A stretch of 64,000 nucleotides of DNA from Strigamia acuminata (Eukaryota). The notes under the pieces are model-generated. The model was given only the letters and a program-made list of their open reading frames with translations, searched no databases and was not told the origin of the DNA. Below, piece by piece: positions 56,190-64,000 of the stretch. Both the position numbers and the translations under genes were made by a program. Within the stretch, counting starts at the first letter, position 1. Every line of letters begins with the position of its first letter. Where the stretch lies: positions 5,580,001 to 5,644,000 of the forward strand of contig OX442314.1 of the NCBI GenBank assembly GCA_949358305.1, given 5' to 3'.

Positions 56190-59100
56190 TTATCGCTCTC
56201 CTCTGCGAAGAGCCGGCAGCACTCCTCTGCATGGGCGGAGGATCACTGGTGGCACTGCCGGGGGCGGCGGTGGTAAATCCGGGGGCAGAGAGGTTGTCAG
56301 ATCCGCAGGATTCTGTCGCTCGTTGATGAAGTACTGCGGGTGACCGCCGACCGGCTCGCCAATCAGTCCCGTACGTTCGTGGATCCAAATCCGGGTGGAT
56401 GCCGGGAATCGGTCGGGAACGAGCCGGATCCTTCGCGACTCGGCGCTCGATCCGGGTTTCCGGTGGGCTCGCAAGATTCGGCGATGGAAGACGGCGTCCA
56501 TGGTAGATCGGGCCTCTCTGTTCAGCCATTTGAGGACCGACTCGCCGTGATCATCGGAGTCAATGATGCGTTGTCGCGTGAACTCCGACATCTGAAGGAA
56601 GGGGTATTCCACTCCCAGCCTCAAATAAAGCTGCGCTGCTGGGGGCGGCGGAGGCGATGGAGGAAGTGGAATCTCCATTGGACTCTCCAACGGTGGCGTA
56701 GCCGGCTCTGTTGTAAGAGCGGCCAGCTCTGCCGCTGGTGGCGAAGGAGAGGGCAGCGGAGGAGTTCGCGGTCCTCGGTTGGAGCGCTTCGGAATCAATT
56801 TGGGTCGATTCGCATACCGCTTCTCCTTTGGGAATACCGGCTTTGGGGTCGGTATGTATGGTTGGACCGCCGCCTCTGGGGGGGCGGTCTCGATGGCCTG
56901 TGGGAGGCTCGCTGTCGTTCCCGGTATCTCCGGAGCCTCCCGAATTGTTCGCAACAAGGAAGGGTGGACTCCGGGGTTCCGGTAGCGGAATGCCAACGAA
57001 CGCATCTTCGAAAACTGCAGGCCTGGGTTCTCCGTATTCCTGGCCAGGTCGAAGCGCAGCGAGGCGGGCTCAGGAGTCCATCCGGCCCATACCTGGTACA
57101 ACGCCCGAGGAAGGTGAACTCCCTCACGGTCGACGATTGTCCAGGCCGCCATAGCCTGCCGACTGTCCAAGAAGACGCCCAGGGACAGCAGCTGGGCCAT
57201 GACGTTCGTCACTGCCAAATTCAAACTGCTCCGATGGCAGGGGTGAGCGCGGTCCGGATTGCCACTGAATTGTTGTGACAGCGTCCGCATCTGTTCGATC
57301 GCCCAATTGATGTGGTGGGTTTGGGCGGCGTCGGCCTGTCGTATGGCCAACTCGGCAATCGCGGGGTTCTCGTATTCGGCCAGATATTCTTGTAGCTCGC
57401 TGAGTGGGGGATAGGCCGCTTCACGCCGGCATCGAGCGTCCATCTCTCGCTGGGCGTACCATTCGGCGTTGCGATAAGGTCGACACACTCGTGGCGTTGG
57501 GGGTGACGGTGGACGGCCCAGCCCGGGTAGATTATCGTATCTGACCCGCTTCGGAGCTGGATCCCCCACCGGAATCATCCGGGGAGGGGTCCAAGCGGTC
57601 ACGGCTGGGTTTGTACCCTCGAGGAGTGGCGGCCATCGCGATTGCACTTGTGGGGGCACAAGCGCGGTGGGCACAGCCGGTGTTGAGCCCGACGGCCGGT
57701 TGGCCGCGTATCCTCGGAAGGCGTTCTTCAATGCTACGGCCAGATCCTGTTTTGTAACCGGCCCATCTTTGTCCGACTCATCTGGGGACATTTGCTCTTC
57801 CGTCAACTCTCCCAAATCAATCTCTGCTTGGCGCCTGGACGGTCCAGCCGTGGGTCCGAGACTCTGGGGTTCGGACCGTTTCGCGGCGGCCATCTCTCGC
57901 TCCTTCTCTAATCCCTTAGCTATCAGGGATTGTGCTCGCAACTTCTGACGTACTTTGCGCTTTCGATTCCTCCGGGTGCTGGCTGCGACGGATCTTCGTT
58001 GGGCCGTCCTCTGGGGGACGTCCGTCGGAGAATTCGGTCTCTGGTGTGATGAGACGGTTCGTCGCGACGAGGATTGATCTGACGACTGTGTGGTAATCGC
58101 CATGAACAACGAGGATCTTTTCTTTCCTCGATCTTGGTGTGTCTCGGTCCTCGCAGCCCAGTGGGCGGAAGATTCGACTGTTCGCTCAGCCCGCGCGTCG
58201 TCTGGCGAGGCAGGCTCGAGCGTTACTACTCGGCGACACTCCGAGCGCACGACAACTCGAGTTCGGGAACTGGAGCTGCTCGAGCGGCTGCGGTAGTCGC
58301 GGCTCGTTGACGGGCCGGCCTCTATTGGGGAGACGGCCTGTCTTCTTCGTGCGGGTCCGCGTGGGGCGGACTCCGCCGGACGCTTCGATCTTCTGTGATG
58401 GCGGCGACTTCCCAGGATACCAGCGTGGTATAACTGCCACATCTCAGACTGCGTGGCCGTAAAATTCGCCGGTGGTATCCATCTGGGTGTCAGATGATCT
58501 TCTTCGATGTCGCGAAGCCATCTACGGATTTCTTCGGGGGAGAAACCGTTTCTCTCGAGAACTCGGGTTACTCCGTGAGTCTCGGTGCGCTTTAAGCGTT
58601 TGATCTCGTCGTCCACTATTCTCTGGCGGGCTGCCAAGGTCGGGGCCTCGCTCCACCTATGGGAGGTGTGCAGCTCGGCCACCGTGCCTGGGTAAGCCTC
58701 TTCCAGGTACCCGGAGTAAACGGGGCTCGGCGGATCCGCATCGGGTGGGATCCGCGGCCCCACTCGCTCCCTCATCTCCTTCGTCATGCACTCGACCAGC
58801 GTTTTTGATCGCTCGAATTTTTCCTCGAGGGTCCTGGAATACATCAATCGGATTTTCCAGGCGCTGGTCTCTGCAGGATAGGCCTGCCGCAGGTAAATCG
58901 GCAGGGCTCCGCGAAAGATGTTGTTGGCGGTTGACGCCGTCGGAGGCAGGGCGTCCCACGATTCTAGCGGGTCGACCTGAATAATTTTAGATCACAAGAT
59001 TAATATAATAAATCCCAGTTAACGATGGGGATCAGAAATATGCTCAAGATCGACGGTGGCAGCAACTCCTTTCTTTTGTTGCGGCCGTCGGTCTTATTTT

Positions 59101-59654
59101 CTTGTTTCGCAGTTCTGCGATGATCTCCGCCGTCGTAGCGCTGATCCAACACTACTTTTGAACTCAGGTGATCCGCTTTTTTGGAAGGGGTCGCAGGCAA
59201 AACCGATCGTTAAATTTTAATTTCTTACGTTAAATTTTTTTATTTTAACTCTAATCGTATTTTAATTTATTACGATGTTTAAATTTAAAAGAAAGAAAAC
59301 CTTTAGTTTTGGTTTTGGTTTGCCACGACGCCATTCCGCGAACACTTCCTTTGTTCTAGTTTTTTGGCGGCCTTGACTCCGAGGTGAATCTGGGTCCACT
59401 CTCGGGTTTTTAGCCAGCCTTAAATCAACAATAAAACAGAAAGAAATATATCAGTCACAAGTCACGCTCCAATCTGGGTTGGATGCAACAGATTCAAAGA
59501 ATTATGTGATTTCTCTGGGGAAATCACACTAATTTACCTGCAACGGCGGTTGTTCGTCCCAATTCTCATCTTCTTCTGCATTTACGATTAGGCCGTCGCT
59601 CTCGTCTCTCGACGATGCGCTCGGCTCTAATCGTGGGTTGCGTCGATCGGCCAT
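56190..59654 (-). CDS. Gypsy accessory ORF3, copy 2 (59654-59538 + 58976-56190)
   Basis: ATG, donor and acceptor all conserved; 885-aa ORF intact. Confidence 0.75.
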
Positions 59655-60034
59655 TTCAATTTAGGAAAATGAAGTTTTGTTTGAGAGGTCTTTGTCTTTC
59701 TCTTTGGGGGAGAAGCAAAAACACGTCTCGTCGTGTTAAAAACAGTCGGAAACTGGGCCTATCGACGCTGAGAATTGTGGGTCTCGAACGCGTCTCGTAT
59801 TTTGCGAGATCCGCCGTGCTGGCAATGACGCTACGGGGTCGACCGCGTGGTTTCGTTGTCACGTGGTCGCCCGCTACGTCATAACTTCTCGTCTGTTAGT
59901 GGTGACTGCGACAATTCGTTGCGAAGTTTGGATTTAGCTAATTTTTCGCGTCTCAACATGTGCAGCAGCTCTCGTAAGTAAATCTTTTTATTTTACAAGG
60001 CCTCCGCTCCATGTTATCACATTTTCTTTTATTT

Positions 60035-63000
60035 TTAGTTCTTCCCCACGACTTTGCCGTCCCGAATGAACGGATTATTGCTTCGTCGTGGTCGAAGGTT
60101 GATTTTCGACGTGCTCGTAGATCGTGACTCTACTTGCTCGTTCATCTCCGATGTGTTGGCATTTTTCTCATTACTAATTTTTTTATTTTCCATTTCAGAA
60201 GTACTTTCTTCTGCTTCCTCCCTCTCCGAAATTGCTTGCTCCGGCTGTGCTGGAGCCTCGTCGGCCGGAGATTCGGCGTCGAAGAATTCATCCTCGTCCT
60301 CCGCTATATTTTCAGCTTCATTTGTTTTTTGGAACGTGTCGACCACGGTGCCCCCTTGGCCGCTGTGTGTCTGACCTTCCAGCCAGATTTCTTGGGGAAA
60401 CTCTGGCAGATATGGCCTTAAATCTCGGCCATGTATCGACTGAAAATTTTTGTTGTCCTCTAAGCGGCGTAGTTGGTATGCGTTGCCGCCGTGTTCGGCC
60501 ACAATTACATAGGGACCGTCCCTCTTGTCGGCTAAACCTGCGGCGATGCCCCTCGCTGCATTGGACAACGTGTGTGCCTCCTTCCACACTAGATCATTCA
60601 CTTTAAAGTTCGCGAAAGCGAGATCGCCTTCTTTATCTGCGATTCTTTCTCTCATGTTGAAAATATGCGCCATCATATGCTGGTATGTGTCGGATATAGT
60701 CTGTTCCAACCGGCACACGTACTCGTGTGGGCTCGATGGGTCTAATACGTTAACAGCTTCGGCAACGCGTGGGTCCCATGGCATCCTTAATTCGCGGGCG
60801 AAGTTGAGGTACGCCGGTGAGAATTCGCGTGTTCTTGACACGGTTGAGCGAATGCTGAAAGCGATTTCTCGCAGGTATTCGTCCCATCGATTGTGAATAT
60901 CGGTGAATACTGTCAGCGCATATTTTATGTCTTTATTTAATCTCTCGACTGGGTTTGTCTGAGGATTATACGTGGAGGTGTTTGATGCATCCATTTTAAA
61001 TTTTCTACAGAAGTCCTTATATATTCTCGATCGGAATTGGGGGCCGTTATCCGAAATGAGTTTTCTGGGAAACCCAAATCGCATTGCCACGTCGTAAAGG
61101 CACTCGACTATGTTTTCAGCCGAGGGCTTCGCGAGGGCGTACAGCTCCGGCCATCGGGTGGCCACGTCCATAATTACGAGAATATACATGTTCTTGTTTC
61201 CCGTTGTGGGCTTGGGGCCCATCAAGTCTATGCTTAAGCAGTCAAACGGTGCGTAGGGTCCGAGAGACATGGCGTTTCTGGCCACTTTATCTCGCGGTCT
61301 GCACGCTTGGCACCGGGGGCAGTGTCGGATAAATTTCGTTATCTTTTGCCGCGCGCCCGGCCAGAAGAAAAGTTGTTTTACTCGATAAAGGGTCCTCGCC
61401 ACGCCAGAATGGCTGGCGAGCGGGTGTCCGTGCATCAGCCACAACAGTCGGGTGTGCAGCGATGCCGGCACGACCACTTTAACCGAGTTTCCCGCTCCGC
61501 TGAGGTCATCTTGAAACGTCGGGTGGTATTTTACCAGGAGTTCATCATCTATGAGGTAGCTTGTTGCTTCTTTGACGAACTGTTTCCGGCGGTGTGGGTT
61601 TGTCATCCCTTCCGGAAATTCGCCGTTCAGCAAATATTGCGTTATAATTTGACATTTTGTGTCTGCTGCCTGGTGTTCGACGAACTCACGTCTCGTGGGT
61701 GGAGCGTATTGTGTTTTTTCTTCAATTTTTGCTGTGAAGGCGCGTAGTAGTGTTTTGTGGGTTTCTCCGGGGGGCGGAGATTGAATTTCGGATGTTGAAT
61801 TGTTTGTCCCAGCTGGCTGGTATGTTCGAGTCCAAAAACCACAAAACGTTCTATCTTCAGGCTCCATCACTGGTAGCTCGTTCGCCTTTCGCAAACGCCA
61901 TATTCTCCGTGGAGTCGGGCAGTACAAGAGGTGGGTGTCGTCCTCGCCGTCGTCGTCTGGTCCCTGGGGGTCAGAGGCTGGGGCTCTCGAGAGGGCGTCG
62001 GCCACATGATTGTACTTCCCGGGGCGGTACGTAATTGTTATATCGCACGCCATTAACTCCAGTTGCCATCGTGCGAGTCGGCCGGAGGGTTCCTTGAGCT
62101 TCATCAACCAGCTTAGTGCCTGGTGATCTGTCTGAACCTCGAAGTTCGTGTACTCCAGATAGTCGCGAAATTTCCGAACTGCCCAAATTACGGCTAGGCA
62201 TTCTAGTTCCGTTGCCGTATAATTTTTCTCCGCGCCCTGTATTTTTCTGCTTATAAACATACAGGGTACTTCTTGCGAGATTCCGTTGTACACGTGGGTC
62301 TGCAGAAGGGCTGCACCCAGTCCGATTTTACTCGCGTCGGTGTGCAACACGAACGGTCGGTTTAGGTCCGGCAATGGCATCTTTTCGACGTCAGCCAGCA
62401 TTTGCTTGATAGTGCTAAATGCGGCCTCGCACTGGACCGTCCACTCAAACTCTTTATCCGTTCGTAAGAGATCCGTTATAGGCGCGGCCACTTCAGCCAG
62501 ACCAGAGAGTAGTCGGCCGAAGAAATTGACCATGCCCATGAATCTCTGGACACCTTTTATATCTTCGGGGGCGGGGAATCCGTTTATTGCTTTGACTTTT
62601 TCGGGGTCAATCGCGATTCCCTCGACTCCTATTCGATATCCTAGGAAGGCAAGCTCTTTCCTGCAAAACTTGCTCTTCCCTGGATGGATGTGGAGTCCTG
62701 CCTTGGCTAGGCGAGAGACCACTCTATCGATGTGGTCTATGTGTTCTTCGAATGTGTCCGACGTTATTATGATGTCGTCGAGATACGCCCACACGAAGTC
62801 GTGCAGCATATCTCCCAACACGCTTTCGATCAGTTTCTGGAACGTGCTCGGGGCGTTTACAAGCCCGAACGGCATCACGTTGAACATTAGTCTTCCTATC
62901 GGGGAGTAGAAAGCCGTTTTCAGTTTGTCTTCGGGTTTTAGCTCCACTTGCCAATACCCCTTTGACAGGTCCATGGTGGTTACCCACTTGAACGGGCTCA

Positions 63001-64000
63001 GTTCCCGGAGGATCGAGTCTATAGACGGCATCTGAATCGGGTCTATAACCGTTATCGCGTTCAGGGGGCGATAATCAATGCATAGTCGAGGTTCCGAGCC
63101 TGGACGCATCACCAGGACGATCCGCATGGCGTATTCGCCCAGGGCTTGCGTTACTATGCCCTTGTCGAGCATGTCTTGGCACATTTGCGTCACGATGTCT
63201 CTTTTCTGGGGGTTCATCCCCTTGTAAGGCACTCGAATCGGCTTGTCTGTGGTTAAGACTATTTCGTGTGTTGCTTCCGTCGTTCGACCAGGTGTCTTGG
63301 TCAGAATTCTTTCATGCTTTCGAAGCACTCGCCTTAGTAGCGATGCCTCGTTAACACGCAGTGCTGCCTCCTCGACCAGGGTGTCCACGACGTTACTCCT
63401 CTGTAATTCCAGAGTGAAGGCTGCGAAATCGTAATCTTGGACGAATTTTCGCAATCCTCTTCCGTATTCCTCTTTGTCCTTGGCTTCGTCCAGTAATTTT
63501 TGGGGAACTACGGGGACTGACCGTTCTCCCTCGGGACTTATCCAGTTCCATGAACGGGTTATCGGGTTTGGCTGAATTTTCAGTTTCGCCATGATGTCCA
63601 TCCCTAGGAGGAATACTTTGTCGTGGGATGGCAAGACTATGAAGGGGTGGGACAGGTTCCCCCCCGTCCAGTCGATCATGATGCGAACTACGCCCTTCGG
63701 CTTGACGTAGCCGTTGGCGGTGAGCAATTCTACGTTCGCGTTCACTTGTGCCACCTTCTTTCCAATATCCAAGTCTTTTACTATATCTTCGGATATGAAT
63801 GAACGATCCGCTCCTGAATCCAGTAGACCGAACAATTTTTGGTTTTCTATCTCCACTGGCAGCATACACAGAGTTTCGCAATGTGCTTTCGTGACATTGC
63901 AGTGAAATACGCGTAATGTCTGGGGCTCAACCTCCAGATTGAACGGAAGGTCCGTCCAATCCATGTCGACCTCCGGTTTCGTTCTCACTTGCATACTCGT
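60035..64000 (-). CDS. pol: Gypsy pol, copy 2 (5' partial)
   Basis: Same motifs as copy 1; uninterrupted. Confidence 0.95.
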   Translation of the reverse strand, partial: TSMQVRTKPEVDMDWTDLPFNLEVEPQTLRVFHCNVTKAHCETLCMLPVEIENQKLFGLLDSGADRSFISEDIVKDLDIGKKVAQVNANVELLTANGYVKPKGVVRIMIDWTGGNLSHPFIVLPSHDKVFLLGMDIMAKLKIQPNPITRSWNWISPEGERSVPVVPQKLLDEAKDKEEYGRGLRKFVQDYDFAAFTLELQRSNVVDTLVEEAALRVNEASLLRRVLRKHERILTKTPGRTTEATHEIVLTTDKPIRVPYKGMNPQKRDIVTQMCQDMLDKGIVTQALGEYAMRIVLVMRPGSEPRLCIDYRPLNAITVIDPIQMPSIDSILRELSPFKWVTTMDLSKGYWQVELKPEDKLKTAFYSPIGRLMFNVMPFGLVNAPSTFQKLIESVLGDMLHDFVWAYLDDIIITSDTFEEHIDHIDRVVSRLAKAGLHIHPGKSKFCRKELAFLGYRIGVEGIAIDPEKVKAINGFPAPEDIKGVQRFMGMVNFFGRLLSGLAEVAAPITDLLRTDKEFEWTVQCEAAFSTIKQMLADVEKMPLPDLNRPFVLHTDASKIGLGAALLQTHVYNGISQEVPCMFISRKIQGAEKNYTATELECLAVIWAVRKFRDYLEYTNFEVQTDHQALSWLMKLKEPSGRLARWQLELMACDITITYRPGKYNHVADALSRAPASDPQGPDDDGEDDTHLLYCPTPRRIWRLRKANELPVMEPEDRTFCGFWTRTYQPAGTNNSTSEIQSPPPGETHKTLLRAFTAKIEEKTQYAPPTRREFVEHQAADTKCQIITQYLLNGEFPEGMTNPHRRKQFVKEATSYLIDDELLVKYHPTFQDDLSGAGNSVKVVVPASLHTRLLWLMHGHPLASHSGVARTLYRVKQLFFWPGARQKITKFIRHCPRCQACRPRDKVARNAMSLGPYAPFDCLSIDLMGPKPTTGNKNMYILVIMDVATRWPELYALAKPSAENIVECLYDVAMRFGFPRKLISDNGPQFRSRIYKDFCRKFKMDASNTSTYNPQTNPVERLNKDIKYALTVFTDIHNRWDEYLREIAFSIRSTVSRTREFSPAYLNFARELRMPWDPRVAEAVNVLDPSSPHEYVCRLEQTISDTYQHMMAHIFNMRERIADKEGDLAFANFKVNDLVWKEAHTLSNAARGIAAGLADKRDGPYVIVAEHGGNAYQLRRLEDNKNFQSIHGRDLRPYLPEFPQEIWLEGQTHSGQGGTVVDTFQKTNEAENIAEDEDEFFDAESPADEAPAQPEQAISEREEAEESTSEMENKKISNEKNANTSEMNEQVESRSTSTSKINLRPRRSNNPFIRDGKVVGKN

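Larger units (their letters stand above)
55326..64000 (-). mobile_element. Gypsy LTR retrotransposon copy 2 (3' part; runs off right edge)
   Basis: 3' LTR 56145->55326; ORF3 and pol closely similar to copy 1, in opposite orientation. Confidence 0.95.

Overview
Eukaryotic, most likely arthropod, genomic DNA: a small cluster of spliced DEG/ENaC (pickpocket/ASIC-like) ion-channel genes heavily invaded by young LTR retrotransposons and MITEs. Main result: the minus-strand gene (23041->4210, 11 exons, ~800 aa once a 3.5-kb exonic insertion is removed) encodes TWO complete DEG/ENaC subunit repeats in one polypeptide. TM2 of repeat 1 runs through a ~40-aa basic linker into TM1 of repeat 2 within one exon, and the intron-phase series 0,1,0,0,2 occurs twice. 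A divergently oriented paralog starts at 33634 and is interrupted by a Gypsy element. A third pseudogenic fragment sits at 24277-29430. Mobile elements: a Copia whose polyprotein carries a methyl-CpG-binding-like domain (14954-21986); a related Copia running off the left edge, missed by the ORF track; a compact Copia (24319-29194); two tail-to-tail Gypsy copies carrying a spliced, non-env third gene; a BEL/Pao nested in the Gypsy gag with a non-canonical LTR end and an inverted polypurine tract; solo LTRs; and hAT-, Tc1/pogo- and CACTA-like MITEs. All calls come from manual reading and translation; no database searches were run.
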